A stretch of 62,387 nucleotides of DNA, filler included, from Rhabdomonas costata (GCA_019059605.1; 27 parts of 27 records of this genome joined end to end with filler, not necessarily neighbours in it), one strand, 5' to 3'. Shown: positions 24,381 through 38,484, numbered from the whole stretch's first letter. Numbers and translations: made by a program. The notes: generated by a model from the sequence alone, not told the origin.

Positions 24381-27300
24381 CTGCATATACCAGCCCCCAT
24401 TCCCATCATTGCTCCCATGGAGTTCACCGGGAAGCCAACGAGTACACAGGAAGACTCACCCTGCCCGTAAACGCACACATGACATGGGCCCAATGCACTT
24501 TGAATTCTTTGGGCATTAAATGGTCTTGTGCGGCCACGAATGCCCCCGTGCACTGTGCACATACCCTCCACCATAACCTTGTGGGCAATCCGGTGCATTC
24601 ATTGTGTCATCAAAGCAGATTACGTGGTAAATGAAGAGCTCAATGGTTTGACGGAAAGGGAAGATTCCAAACGCGAAATAAGCCAGGACTTGAGAGCCAC
24701 CTTCCACATCGGAATTCACAGTGCACGGCTCTCTTCCTTTAGGGGCTTCGTTTAGGTTCGTTTAGGTTCGTTGTTAAGCGGACATCGGAACACAGCATTC
24801 GCAGCTCGACCCTAAGAGAAACGCCGAAAAAACCATCGCAAACCCAAACCTTCGAAGGGTTTAACGGAAAGAGCAGAACCATATGAATGACAGACAGAAT
24901 GCCATGGAAAACTGGGACTGCGATGCACATTCAGCGGAAACAATGGCTGAAGACGAAGCTGTGCAGTTTGCTGAGGTGAATCACTGAGGAATAATGAAGG
25001 AGGATACCGTAAAAGGTGTTTGAGAATGGCTAAAACCCAGCCAGTGAGGACCGCGCTGACATATTCAGGGCTATTTTGGACTCTTCTAGCCCCTTTCATT
25101 CTTCGCCTCGCCCAACACGCTAAACTGGCACGGCTGTAAGATGGGATACGAGCTTTCCGCAAGGCCGCAAAGTCTTTACCAAAAAAAAAAACCTTGAAAT
25201 GAGTCGAAAGCGAGTCGCCCACACGGTATCAGCACCTACCCCAGCAACCACAAGCAAAATTTGTTGCACAACATCGCAAAATTCTTTATTTGCACATGCA
25301 CGCCCCGCGTCATCTCAAAATTAATTGAGGGTGTAGACACACAAAGAACTGGCCGAAAAGAGGCAAAACCACCCCCACACCNNNNNNNNNNNNNNNNNNN
25401 NNNNNNNNNNNNNNNNNNNNNNNNNTTAATTAATTAANNNNNNNNNNNNNNNNNNNNNNNNNNNNNNNNNNNNNNNNNNNNGCGCGACAATGGCCCGGGA
25501 CCCGTGGGGCAGAAGGGAGGTTACCAGATGTGGAACGTTCGGTGGTGAGCCGATTTCGGTTCCCCACGGCACCGTTCGCTCCAACGGCACCTCTCGCGAG
25601 CACCCGTGTCCAACAGCGCGTGCGCCAGTCAGTCCCCAGTGGTCACCACCAACCAGTCAACCAGGCAACAGCCAGCGCGCAATGCGCCCAACACACACCG
25701 TCACCCGACGATTCCCATCCGGACCTTCTGTTACCCCTCGTGTTTTCTCTTGGCAACGCCACCCGCGGGCAGCTCACTTTCGTCCACTGCCCCGGTCTTA
25801 ATTCAACTCTATCGCAAAAACCCGCATCCATACAAATGGGACGCGGGGCAGCGATGAATGAACAAATGGCCGCTGAAAAACCCTTTGTCTCTTCCTCTCA
25901 TTTGCCGCCGCGATGGGGCTCTACATCGAAGCGACCGTCGGACACCGACCTCACAGGGGAGGGCAAAAATTGCGGGTGCAGGAAGTGGAAAGGGGAGGAC
26001 GGCGGTGGAGGGCGCAGGAATGATGAAAAGATGCAGCGGCGCAGAGGAGAGCGGAAATGAATGAATGAATGGCAGCGATGCGGGGAAAGCCGCGGAGAGA
26101 CTGTTTATCCCGAATGGTGGCTGCAATGGTGCCGGCGCCAATATGAATTACTGAATGAAAACCATGTCAGGATCAGCACGCGTCGAACCTTTCAAGATTA
26201 TCAAGTCAATTTTATTGTCGATTGGATTTGAAAACGCTGGAAAGGAAGAAGTGTGGTAAATCTTCGTGCCGCCGTCGGTGGTGCATTGTTCTTAATCTAA
26301 AAACGCAACGACCATATGTCGTTCCCATCGCGGCATAAGGCCAGGGACAGCGACCCGCGAAAACGAGACAGACACGTTCTTGAAGACCATTGCCTTGTCC
26401 GCAAGTCAAAGCTTCTTCCCGAGACCTTTTGAACCCTGAGCAAAAAAAAAGCAAGAAAAAAGATACACATGCGCACGCAGGGGCGCAAGGCGCCAAAAGA
26501 AAGGGCATAATATGCAAGCGGTGTGGGGGGAAACGGGCGGCATGGGCCTTTCTGTTTTTCGTCCCTGCCCTTCCCCCCCCCTCCTTGGTAACGGTGTTTT
26601 TGTTTTTGTGCCGTCCCGTGCGGATTCACGGCCGGATCCTTTTTTGCGTATGCGTGTTCCCGCCAAGGCATTTGCCCCGGGAATTTTTGCACGAAGAAGT
26701 GGCTTCAATCTTTAACCTTTTCCCTGCAGGAAAAAAGGGCCCCCAAGAAGTGGAAGGTGCACAAAGCAAGGGAAGCGTCCCAGCAAATATCAGAGCTGCC
26801 GAACAGCAAGGCGCGAAGAACATACGCAATAGGGGAAAGCCCAAGCGGAGGGGCGCAAACCACGAGACAGTGTCTGCCGTGGTGGTGCGTGTTGTGGTGG
26901 TGGTTGCTCAGAGTTTGGCGCACACAACAGCCGCACAGATAAAGAGGAGGCATGTCGGGCATGTGTAAATCCGTGACATCCAGCGCAAAAATCCGGTTCG
27001 AAATCCGGCACCGAGAATGAAACAGTCCAGATCGGAGGGCAAGGGAAGAGCGAACAGCGTTGAATGGGACAATGCGCTGGCTGTCTGTCTAACTGTTTTT
27101 GCTTTTGCTTTTTTTTGTTTGGTTTTTTTCGTACAACCTTTTAACACCGCTGTCAGAGATTACAATTGTATGTCAAATGGCAAATTCTCGAAATTCAGTT
27201 TCTGCTCCCTTCGTTTTTCGGTGTGCTGCTGTCCTGTTTCACAGACGGTGCGGTTACTTTGGTGCTCACTATCGTCAGGGATTTCATTGTTACACTAAGG

Positions 27301-27825
27301 ACAAGCTGATGCAGCGAAAACAAAGAACAAATAATTCCTTTTCAGCTCAGGAAGGCAACGGGAAGGTACAAAAAACAGCACATCCAGCGCCGGTTCGATG
27401 TGCTCATATCGAATCTGGCCGTCGAAATTTTCAGTTGCTTTCTTACATTCAAATGAAACAAAAGAATAAGATTGGCTCGATGAGCTAAAGCCACGCGAAA
27501 CGCAGAACCACCATTAACATTCATCGGTGCAGAGTGGTGGTGCACGCCACCCCCATGGCCAGCAGAGTAGCCCCAAGGGCAACGGTTGCCGTGGCAAACC
27601 CAAACGACTGAGCGAGGTAAGCCCCCAAGCATGGCCCCGCGATTTCACCCAGAAAGTAAACAGTATCTGCAGCCCCGACTGCGGTTCCCAGGTCCACAAC
27701 AAACNNNNNNNNNNNNNNNNNNNNNNNNNNNNNNNNNNNNNNNNNNNNTTAATTAATTAANNNNNNNNNNNNNNNNNNNNNNNNNNNNNNNNNNNNNNNN
27801 NNNNTTTTGTGGTGGGGCGACGCAG

Positions 27826-29859
27826 TGCACAAGAATCACATTATCCACCGGGACATCAAGCCCGATAACATCCTTCTGGCTGGAGACAACCACACCATCA
27901 AGCTCTCAGGTTTTCGTTCTCTGTCCGCTTTGAGCATATAGTTGAAAACACATCGTTTTGTGTGTGCCTGCGACCGGCTGAAAAGGGTGCAATCCAATTT
28001 CTGCCAAATAACTTGGACACAGCGGCCCTATATTAATTAGCATTGGCGTCCTTCACTGCGCCGCTTGTGCACTTGATTCAGATCGAATTTTTCGCGTTTC
28101 AATGGTTTTCCGCAAAGGTGAGTTGCCATAGACTAGAAGAGGCATACAAAATTCACAAAAAACGGGGGTGAGGGGGCGTTTTTTCAGATTTTGGGATGTC
28201 TCACCTCTTTTCCGGCGACGATGACGCCATGCGAGTGACCGGAGGCACTCCAATGTATGGCAATAGCCAAGGGTCTGGGGAGGGGCATGTGCGTCTGCAC
28301 AGCAGTTTTTCTTCAGTTCTATGCGTGTAACCTTGCAGCTGACCAAAAAGGCGAGTAAGAAAGAATCTTTGAACTTCGGAAGGCGAATTCTATTGACGCT
28401 ATATGCTCGCTCTCGTCCGTTTTCTTCTGCATCTGCTCCCTCTCTTAATCCAATTCGCCTTCTTCCCACGTCACTTGTATGCGAAGAGCCCTTGTTTAAA
28501 AAAAATGTCCCCAATCTCTCCTTCTGTCAATCTCTGACTCCGTGTGTGCATGCGTGCGTTCGCCCAGAAACCATTCGCCCAAAAAGTAGTGGGAAACAGG
28601 CAGAAAGACATCTACAACAGCGCTCTGTGCGCTTGCGCTTGCTGCTGTCTTTAAGTTTCTTCAGGGGTTTGTCGATTTTTCTTTGCGGCACAGGTTTATG
28701 GCCCCAGAGATGTGCAGAGGTGCCTTAGCCGTCACTATCTCACGCACACACTCTCTGTCACACTCTCTCCCGTTGATTTTGGCTGCTTTTGGTTGTCTGT
28801 TTGCTTGTCTGTTTCGGGGCTTGGATATTTTTTCCGCCGTTGTTCGTTGGGCTCAAGGCACTCATTCGTGAGTAGCTTTGTCTCCTTTCGTCCGCGATCC
28901 TTTGTTTTCAGCAGATGAGTACTTCAGCGGGACGTACTGTGACATCTGGGCGCTGGGAGTGACACTGTACGTGTTCATCTGGGCCCGCGTGCCCTGGACG
29001 GCCACCACCAACCAGCTCAGCCTGATGGAAGTATGCCAACACTTCAGATAGCCAACACACACAGATCAGTCAGATCAGTTTCACAAGCCGGCCGAGGGTG
29101 ACAGGACCGGCCCTGCCGCGTTTCGGGAGGCCTTTTGTGCGCAGTAGCCCCATTCTCGATTGAAGAAAAAGGAATGCGAGCCATCATCGGAGAATAGTTT
29201 TGAATTGGCATTGTTTTTTATGGAAAGCATGTCACAAGGTGGGATAAATGCACACTTTTTTTTTGCCATCCTTTTCCTTCCCTTTGTTCAATAGTGCAGT
29301 AGTATCGCTGCTCATGCCTCGTTGACTTTCTTCCTGTTCTTGCACTGGAGTTTTCAACAAGTCGTCCTTCAATCGCCCAACAAAATCTGGTGTGAGGCCC
29401 AATTGGATAGAATTTTTTTGACCATATTATCTCGCACTCCGCAGGAGATTCAGCGAAAGGAGATCGCCTTCGCGGACGAGGGTAAGTACGACCGAGAGAT
29501 GCTCAATATGCTGCGGAGAATGCTGGAGAGGGACCTCCTTCGGAGGATAACCCTCAACGAGATCAAGGTGTGCTCTTCCGCTTGCCCTTCCTTATCCTGT
29601 GACTCAGGTGTCTATGCACGGCGATCAGACGATGAACGTTGGATTGAGTCTGCTTTGGACTCTTTTATAACTCAATCTTGGAGATTGTGCTGAACTGAAC
29701 TCTTTTCGAAACGTTTTCAACTTTGAGCATTTTTCAGCTCGTCAGCTGCGCAAGGCACCCTCTCTCTTTCTCAATGGTGCACCCTCACTCGCTTTCTCTC
29801 AGCACAACCCTTGGCTCACGGGCCAGATGCGGCCCTTGAGCGACCCGTCGAACATCAAC
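27826..29859 (+). CDS. Ser/Thr protein kinase, CaMKK/GRIK-like, six exons
   Basis: [13 protein letters not shown]...IKLS | DFGMSHLFSGDDDAMRVTGGTPM | FMAPEMCR | ADEYFSGTYCDIWALGVTLYVF | ...MLRRMLERDLLRRITLNEIK | HNPWLT; all GT-AG and in phase. Confidence 0.93.
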
Positions 29860-29907
29860 GTATGCCCTGGGGCCGGCCCGCGCACCACCACAATTGAGCC
29901 GCTTCCG

Positions 29908-30012
29908 TGTGTGTGTTAAGGGAAGAAGAAGATGAACCTCAACTAATGGACTTGGGGGGGGGGGGGCATATCCATTAGTTGAGGTTCATCTTCTTCTTCC
30001 CTAAACACACAC
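29908..30012. repeat. Fold-back hairpin at contig end
   Basis: 29919-29950 is the exact reverse complement of 29971-30002, with a G-rich loop; pairing extends into GT/AC runs. Confidence 0.93.
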
Positions 30013-30112
30013 NNNNNNNNNNNNNNNNNNNNNNNNNNNNNNNNNNNNNNNNNNNNTTAATTAATTAANNNNNNNNNNNNNNNNNNNNNNNNNNNNNNNN
30101 NNNNNNNNNNNN

Positions 30113-30284
30113 TGAAGGGTCATTGGGGATCATGCAGATACCTCAGGGTTTCCTCTTCTCCGGACGAATCGAGGTATCGCCGATCACTGTGCGTGCGTCT
30201 ACCGTCTGGGCGATCGGCGATACCTCGATTCGTCCGGAGAAGAGGAAACCCTGAGGTATCTGCATGATCCCCAATGACCCTTCA
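30113..30284. repeat. Perfect fold-back hairpin at contig start (73-bp arms, 26-nt loop)
   Basis: 30113-30185 is the exact reverse complement of 30212-30284. Confidence 0.96.
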
Positions 30285-31268
30285 GACAACCCCGAAAACG
30301 ACAAGAACGGACCTGTTGTGATTTTTTTTTGGGGGGGGGCGTTGCAGCGCGAAACGTTAGCAGTGCAAAACGGTCGTGAATTTCCTAACCCCCTGAAATT
30401 ACATCACGTCTGTCTGGGTGGCAGAAAAACAGTATGCTTAACCCCAATTTTGCAAAAATATAACCACATTTGATTCATACACGTACGAATTTAGAGGTGG
30501 TGGTGTGGACACAGTTAACCAAACCTCCGTGCCCTAAAAATAACATCGCCAGAAAAATGACCAGTGCTACCGTTTGTCACCGCTGAACGTTTAGAAGTGC
30601 TAAACGACGCATCGCCCACTTATGTAGCGTCCCAAACCATCCGCCAGCTGGATCCATCCAAAGCCCACAAACAAAGCCCAACAATGTATCACGTAACGAC
30701 GCGCTAATAGAAAACGACTCTGGCGGTGGCACTCGCACATGGACCTTGCAATCGGGCAGTCCGGATGCGGCACATCAGTTGGGGGTGAAAAAGCGTCAAG
30801 GAAATTTCGTGCCCGGATGCTTATTTTCTGATAGCACTTTTTTGGATATCGAAGTTGAAGTATATTGAAGGGTTAGAGTAAGCGCGAGTCGGACTAAATG
30901 CGATGACCAACCCGGTCGGATGAGATTACGAACCACCAGTCCGTTCTTCTTCTTCACTTCCTGCAATTGTCAAAAACTCTTTCGTTATTAAGACACCATT
31001 GCGTGGAAAGCAAAAATACCTTTGGTCCTTGCACAACAGGCGCAAGAGATGCAGGAAACACACAGAAATACAATGCACATCTAAATGAATAGAAATGAAG
31101 CCGCAGGAGCCGTGGGTGACATCCCCATGGCGGCTGCATCACTATCGTCCTCTCCCTGCCTTCCCAGTGTTGGATACGGATGACTCGGCATCTGTGAAAA
31201 CACCATTGCAGGTCTCTCTCTCTCTCTCTCCACCTCTTGCACATGCTGCCAATAAATAAAGGAGCACA

Positions 31269-32318
31269 CCGTCAGGGAGGTTCTGCAGCCACCGCAGCAC
31301 GTGCGGAGCGCCGGAGTGTGCAGAGAGAATCTGGAGCAGAGCCGGGCTGCAGCCTCCTGGGGTGTTGGGCAGGGCTGCGGCCCCGGCGGTGGGCTGCGGC
31401 GCGCACAGCAGGAGCTTGGAAAGCATATCCACTTTCTGGTCTGGGGAGATGCACACTTGGACCAGAGCCTGCAGGACCTGCGCGTTTGCGTATGCACAGA
31501 GGTGTGCGACGAGAGTGTGTGTGTATGTGTGCACATGGAGCGCAAGGGGTGGGGGTGAGATGATATCTTCACTCTGGAAGAAAAACAGGCGGTGCACAGG
31601 ACCCGGGAAGCGTCGTGGTACATCGCGGGTTCCATGGTGGGGTCGTCCAGTACCGCCGTCAGGGAGCTCAGCAACGAAAGCACGTCCAGGCCTGGCAATC
31701 GGTAGATCTTCGAGAAGCCTCCAGAACGCAGCAGCTAAGAGACATCAGCAAGCAAAACCTAGACCGTTCCATCTTAAGACGGGACAAGAGGTGTAACGAA
31801 AGAGGGACTCAAAACACGTCCCATCGTTAACAGCATCGTCACGGCTGGCTCTCTCGTGCGTTTGACCTTGTATTCCATTCGCACACGCTTCCCTGCCGTG
31901 CGTATGCGTGTGACGTTACGGAACATGACACGGACTAGAAATAGGCAGGAGTCGTCCAGTGTTCAAAGTCCGGAAAGCAGACCCGCTTCAACGTAGACCC
32001 GAGAAACAACTAAGCAGAGGGGCGGAGAGATGCACTCGCCCAAGGCGTGGCATGGTGTAGCGCCGGTGCATCTCTCATGCCCTGCTGAAGCTCTGGTTAT
32101 GGCGGGGTGTGCGGTGCCCCGACCACGCACGCAGACTGCGCACTTGCCAGCCCAGCAGGGTACCTGCTCCAGATGAAGTCCAAACAGCCTCAGCACCGCG
32201 CCAAGAGCAGCCCCCTGGGCGCCCAGGCGGACACTGGAGGCACAGACCAGAGGCTGGACCGCGGCAGGGAGGGCGTGCAGAGGGGCGTGGCCCTGCAGGA
32301 GCTCCTGCACCACCCACC
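31269..32318 (-). CDS. Leu-rich alpha-helical (HEAT/ARM-like) hypothetical protein exons
   Basis: GC3-rich exons VQELLQGHAPLHALP...HLEQ|gt, GLDVLSLLSSLTAVLDDPTMEP and VLQALVQVCISPDQKVDMLSKLLL...; family not identified. Confidence 0.5.
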
Positions 32319-32783
32319 NNNNNNNNNNNNNNNNNNNNNNNNNNNNNNNNNNNNNNNNNNNNTTAATTAATTAANNNNNNNNNNNNNNNNNNNNNNNNNN
32401 NNNNNNNNNNNNNNNNNNCGAACTTGCGCATAAGGTTGGTTTTTGCTCGGGGGCACACTCAAGAAGAACAGCAGAAAGGGCTTGGAAAATGAGCACCTCA
32501 AGCAAGTAGGAGGGTTATGGGGGAGGGGTGAGACATCTTTCGGGCTACATGACCAATCAAAACTCGCGAATGAGTTGGTGTTGCATAATCCACCCCGCGC
32601 GATGTTAAGCTCCGTTGAGTCCTTGCTTCATCTTTCGGCTTTCGGCAGAGATGTATGTGTGCGTGGGGGAAGGGAGGCGCAGTGAAGAAAGTATGGTTGT
32701 GGTCCAGCACACACACACACACACACATTGCATTGTTGCCTTTCCTTCTTTTGCTTACCTTTTTCTTTTCTCTCGGTCCGCAG

Positions 32784-34475
32784 GAATTGCTTCATCGTGA
32801 TGGTGTGCCTGCTCACTTGTTTTTGTGGGAAGTGGAGAGAGAGAGCTGTCTACCTAACCTGTACCCCGTAACGTGCAAAAGGGCCCCTTTCAGTTGTAAG
32901 GCAAAGGGAACTTCTCATCATCCCCCGCTTTCACTTTCGTACGAAGTGAACGCAACATTGACATCAACTTTGACCCAACCTGTGCAAATTGTCGAAATTC
33001 AAATATCTTCCTAACCTTGTTTGTGGAAATGTCGGAATGTGCATTTCTGTTTCCCGTACCTCAGATACCGAGCTCAGAAATCGCAGCTCTGGGGCATACA
33101 CGTTGTCCGCGCCACAGCCCTCGCCGTAATGCTCGCACCACAACCGTTGCCCTTGCCCATGGAGCCTTTGCGCACACACAGAGGCACCCATTCTTTTTTT
33201 GTTTGCAGGAGTTTGTCACTGGGGGGGACTGCATGTCGCTGCTGATGCGGCTGGAGTTCCTGCGGGAGCCTGTCGCTCGTCATCTCATCGCAGAGGTCCC
33301 GGGAGAGAGGAAGGGAAGGAAAGGGTCCAATGCGTTTTGGGTGCGAGGAGAGGTTCGACGTTTGAAGCAGAGACATGACGTTGCCCAACGGTTCAGCATT
33401 CCAACCTTACTAAACGCTGGAAATGGACCTTGCTAGGAAAGTTACAGTGAAAGGCTGGCAGTGGTACTGGTTACCACTGAGTCCTGTTAACAGGCTCGTT
33501 CCCTCACTCCAGCTCAAACCGGACTTCGTTTCTGGAAGGGAGGCGGTGGGTTGCTCTCAGTTGGTGCTCGCGGTGGAGTACATGCACAGCCTCAGGATTG
33601 TGCATAGGGACATCAAGCCGGACAACTTGCTGATCACCCAGGTGTAGCGCCTCCCTCTACTTCCCCACGTTAACGCTTTCCTTTGCTTTTGTTTTGGTGC
33701 GGGTCCCGTCCCAATGAAGCAGTCGTACCGCTGCCTTCTTGGCGTGCGTAAAGCGGTCGCTGCGCACGCGGCGTGCTATATATATAAAGCAACAGAAAAT
33801 GGGAGTGTTCTCACGTGGGCTCGATCTGATGACGCCACATGGTTGTGCTGTCACCAGACAGCAGAGTGAATGGCAGTGCATGGAGTCAGATTGCGCCAGG
33901 TAGCTCCTAATGGCGCGACATAGCGCCCCGCTTTGTGGAGGCATTCCCAAAAGCAACCACCCTCGCCTCAGTTTCTGATTTCTCCCTACTTCCTCCACGT
34001 GCCTTTTTCCTCCAGAAGGGAGCTGCCATTCTTAACGTTTATTCCCTTCAGAATTGGGGTTCCGTGTGCAAGCCTCAAGTATAAGAATGAAGTTCAGAAG
34101 TTTGAAGGAATATGGAAAATGCCGATGACGCCAGATGATGTGATGGCATCACATGGCTGTCCTTTGCTCTGGATGCCAGATATCTTCACACCCATTTACA
34201 AAAATGCAATGTTGACGTGTTCCAGATGGCTCGGAATGGCCTCTTCTCTCCCTCGTTCACACCTGACGTCCTGAGCTGTATCTGTATATGCATCTATTAA
34301 TGTGCAGTTCGGGCACATCAAGCTTACGGACTTTGGGCTGAGCGAGGTCGGCGCGCACACCACGGTGAAGCACGTCACCAGCAGCCTGGCCACCCCGCCC
34401 TCGTCCAGCTCCTCCCTGGACCAGCTGGACCAGGACGCGGACGCGGCCCCACCCAAGTCAGAGGCCGACTCAGGG
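32784..34475 (+). CDS. AGC-family Ser/Thr kinase (MAST/Greatwall/IRE/Rim15-like), internal exons
   Basis: NCFIVM | [29 protein letters not shown] | [27 protein letters not shown] | [15 protein letters not shown], followed by a Ser-rich insertion typical of this clade. Confidence 0.92.
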
Positions 34476-35073
34476 TGTGCATGTGTTTGTCTGCATGCCA
34501 TCTGTGCGCTTTGGACTTGAAAAAGCCCCGACGGCCCAAGAATTGCCTCCGCTCGGGTCTGAGGAGTCGGCTTGGAGTGAGGAATTGAAGGGTCTGGTGG
34601 GGGGAGCTGACATATGGGGCCATGCACAGTTGNNNNNNNNNNNNNNNNNNNNNNNNNNNNNNNNNNNNNNNNNNNNTTAATTAATTAANNNNNNNNNNNN
34701 NNNNNNNNNNNNNNNNNNNNNNNNNNNNNNNNATCATTTCCGAATCCGTGACAAACAGAGTGCCTCCTAAGGACACTCACGTTGCGTTTTAACCTTCGGT
34801 GACCTCCAAGAACCTCCAACAACATGTGTACTGAAGGAGTCCCTATAAAGTATCCCGCAGCAAAAGTTGTTGGGTTTCAACTATATTCCTGAGTCTCGGT
34901 TTCGTCTCGATAGTGCAGCAGTGGCTTGGTTCCAGCGGAAGGTAAAAACGACTGACGATCTTCCGAGGGGCAACGATGGAAAAATGGCTCATGCTGTATT
35001 GTCGTTGGTCACTCGTCACTGCACGCTTTTTTTGTTTTTGTTTTTTCTTTCAGTATCATTGTCTGTACCACAG

Positions 35074-36891
35074 GGATACCTCAGCTCATAACAATCCCGT
35101 ACGCAGTGAACAGAAACAGCTCTTATTCGCACTCGCTCAAAGACCCCTTGCCTTCCCTTGCTTTCGTTGGTGCAGGTGCTGCTTTTTGTAATGGAGAAGC
35201 CCCCGAATGAGCTGCAAGCGTGGGTTGCTTCTCTTGTGGGCGTCACTCTGGGGCTCCTGCTCTCCACATGGACTCTCTTCCAGGTGTGTCATTCTCCTTG
35301 AGCGTTTGTCATCTCCTGCCAAAGTAGCTCTTTCCTTCCTTTATCCCACAAGTGAGAAGTCCATCTCCCTTTCTTCAGTTCTTCCGGATGTTTAATTAGC
35401 GTTTTGTTTTTTATTTAGCTCTTCTCTTGGCTCGAGGGATGTGATAGGGTGCTGATAGAACATATTTTTCTTCTTGAATGTTTTTACCTTTTTGTGATGG
35501 ACTTCAAGGGACGTTTTCTATAATGGATGCCTCATGAATCGGCTTCTTTTTTATTTTCAGAACGCTGAGGATGAGCTTGCCACTCTGATGGAAGGAAGCC
35601 TTTCGGCGTCTGCAGCAAGTGAGGGTGTGCGAAATGCATCTGAACATACTTTGTGCGCTTCTGAATAGGAACGGAGCCTATTCTATATTTTGGTCCGAAC
35701 CAGGGGGGATTCTTCTGTTTTGGCACAGATTTGAAAAAACGCACCCCCCCCCCAATCACCTGCAGCCTGTGTAAGCCAATGAAAGATCCTTTGTGGTCTC
35801 ATCCCATTTTACTACTGCCTCTTAACATATTGACAGAATCCCTACTGGAAGGCGCAGTGCTTTTCTCCCTTGGAAGTTGAAATCAGCCATCGCTGGATAA
35901 TGGCTGGTAGATCCGAGAAGTTTACAGTGCACACGTCCGAGCTTGTCTTGCACAGGATCGGGCGCTGTGATGGAGCTCCATCTTCAGCGGATCGGGCGAG
36001 TTCTGGCTGACGGGCTGGGGCTTCTGCGGGGACTGTGCGCGCTCAGCGCTGAGGCCAGGGCTGCCGCTGCGTGCTCCGAGGCCCTGGGGTGCCTCGTGCG
36101 CGCCGTGTGGGTCTGCGGCAGCGCCGTGGTGGAGCTTTCGGAGCCACCGTGGATGTACGCCTCTCCTGCTGTGGCAAATTCAAAGAAAACGGACGATTGT
36201 TTGGGTACCAGCGTGGGAGGGTCTCTTGTATTTTTTACTAAACGTTTAGCAGTGCTAAACGTTCACACATTTCCTAACCCTTCAAATTAAAATGTCTCTC
36301 TAGGGGGCAAAAAATGTTTGCCTAACTCCATTTATCTGCAATAAATGCATTTAGAGGTAATTGACAGAGTTTACCTACCACGTGCATTAGAAATCACATC
36401 CGCAGAAATATGTTTGTGTCGTTTCGCCCTGCTAAACAGCCCCCCGAAAAAAATGTCCCGCTTGAGAGTGGTTTTCCTGTGGAAAGAACTATCCAAAACT
36501 CCCTTTTGTCAACTGTCAACCAATCACTGCTTACCGAAACCCTTCCAAAGAACACCCATCCAACAGGTGCTCAGAGAAAATGTGGCTGTGCAAAGAGGCG
36601 TTTGGGGTGGTGGAAAGCCTACTGCAGCACCTTTCTGAAGACTTAGCGATGGATGGCGAAGGTACGCCTCTTTCTGTCCTTCCTCTGTTAAGCTTCTCTC
36701 GCACTATTTTCAATGCTCTCACTTCTAATGCCTCCTGTTCGGTCCTCCTTTTTTCCGCAGGTCACTTGCCACGCGAGAAAAAGTTGTTATCATCTCGACT
36801 TTTCAACGCGCTGTTCGTGGATACCTGGAACCAACAAACATCCTGTTCATATGCAGCATTTCCACAAAAATTCCACAGCAAGCTTCTCTGG
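35074..36891 (+). CDS. Hypothetical helical protein, several exons
   Basis: Exon-like blocks SGAVMELHLQRIGRVLADGLGLLRGLCAL..., AFGVVESLLQHLSEDLAMDGE|gt and HLPREKKLLSSRLFNALFVDTW.... Confidence 0.45.
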
Positions 36892-37546
36892 GTAATATTG
36901 CCTATAAGGTAAAAACGCCTCCTTTCGAGCATATCTACAAAACTCCNNNNNNNNNNNNNNNNNNNNNNNNNNNNNNNNNNNNNNNNNNNNTTAATTAATT
37001 AANNNNNNNNNNNNNNNNNNNNNNNNNNNNNNNNNNNNNNNNNNNNACACGTTGTCATGCGCATTTTTGTTTTGCAAGAAGCTTTAAGGAATATTGGGCC
37101 CGTGCAGCTGTTGTGACCACAGGTCCACTCAAGAGGTCGAGTTCACCCTAAAGGGCTGGCGAAGTACCGTAAAATTAGTAAAATTAGTGCAAAAAATTTC
37201 AAAAGCGTAAAAGACCAGAACCAAAACGTGACCTAAGGTGACTATCAGCCAGTGGGCTCTAAGTGAAGCCAGATTAGGCATTCCAAAAGTATTGGATAGT
37301 TACCAGGCCTTTTCAAGGTTCCAATTACTGTTCACTCCCCCTCTCCCCAGGTGGTTTTTATCCTGAACGGCCCGAAAAGGTGATATTGAATTATATAGAT
37401 TGAGCATTTTGGAACCTTGAGTCAAATCCTGATATTGCATGCCGTCAATGTTGGTATTCCATTTTTTATTGGTGTCTTTCTTTTCTGTGGTGACATCTCT
37501 TTTCGACTTTTCAGTACCAACTCAAATTTTCCACAATTTTCTACAG

Positions 37547-38484
37547 GTTTTGGAAAACGTTGCTGAGCACTACAGGAAGCTTCTTTTCTGCTGTGTGAAT
37601 CGAGGTTTGTTTGTCTTGAGTCCTATTCTTGAAATGGTGCTGCTTGACTTGGGAAAGGTTGTGGGTTGTGTTACAAAACGTTTCCCCTCATACCCACACA
37701 CGGGAGGATCTTGGGCCTTTTGTTGAATTTCTGCCTTCTCGTCAGTGTACCCATTGCATTCTTCTCCGTCCACCTCTAGTTTCTGTTGATATGTAAAACT
37801 TCATTTTTCACTGTCGGGCTGGCAGTAACTCCCAATGGAATGGAATGCCCTCTGACTTGGTTTTGACGGACACCGGAACAGGATTATTTCAGAGCTGAGA
37901 TGGGACGTGACATTGGAAGGCATTTCAACGGCAGAAGGAGGCCGAAAATATCGGAGTTTTTATGGCGTAATGTGATCCCGAAGACATAGAAAAATACGGA
38001 ACCAGATGGAACATGGATGGCGCCTGACATGGGAGGGGTACACAAATGCAATTGCTACAAGAAAAGTTGGAAATGCTCTTCGGAAGGGCTAAGAGTAGAA
38101 GCCAAAAGCAGCCAAAAAAAAATCAGTTGTCAGTTCATGTGAAGCAATTTTGTTCACCCCACCAGGTGACTCCTCCATTTCTACCAAAACGTGCGGCGCA
38201 AGGTCCCCTGAGCCAGTGCTCAGCACTCAGGTGGGTGTGCCTGAGTCTCTTTTTGTCAGCACTTGCAATTGTTGCATCTTGGGTGAGTGCAGCATGGCCA
38301 ACAGCCAACAAAAAATGCCTGGGTGTAAGGTAGCATTTGCTTGCCTCATGGCACCTTAGCTCCTTCGCGTTGCTAGAAAAGCCCCATGCTTCCGCGGCTG
38401 CAGCCTCCACACCGCAGCCCCTCGCAGTCTCCGGCGCCCGTGGCCCAGCCTGCTGCCGTGCCAGCAGAGGACGACGAGGAGGAG
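37547..38484 (+). CDS. Hypothetical protein exons
   Basis: cag|VLENVAEHYRKLLFCCVNRGLFVLSPILEMVLLDLGK|gt, and an exon ending AEDDEEE|gt. Confidence 0.4.

Noticed and set aside
25482..27704. Contig with many short ORFs including a His-rich one
   Set aside because: No consistent exon chain or family motif; treated as intergenic or intronic.
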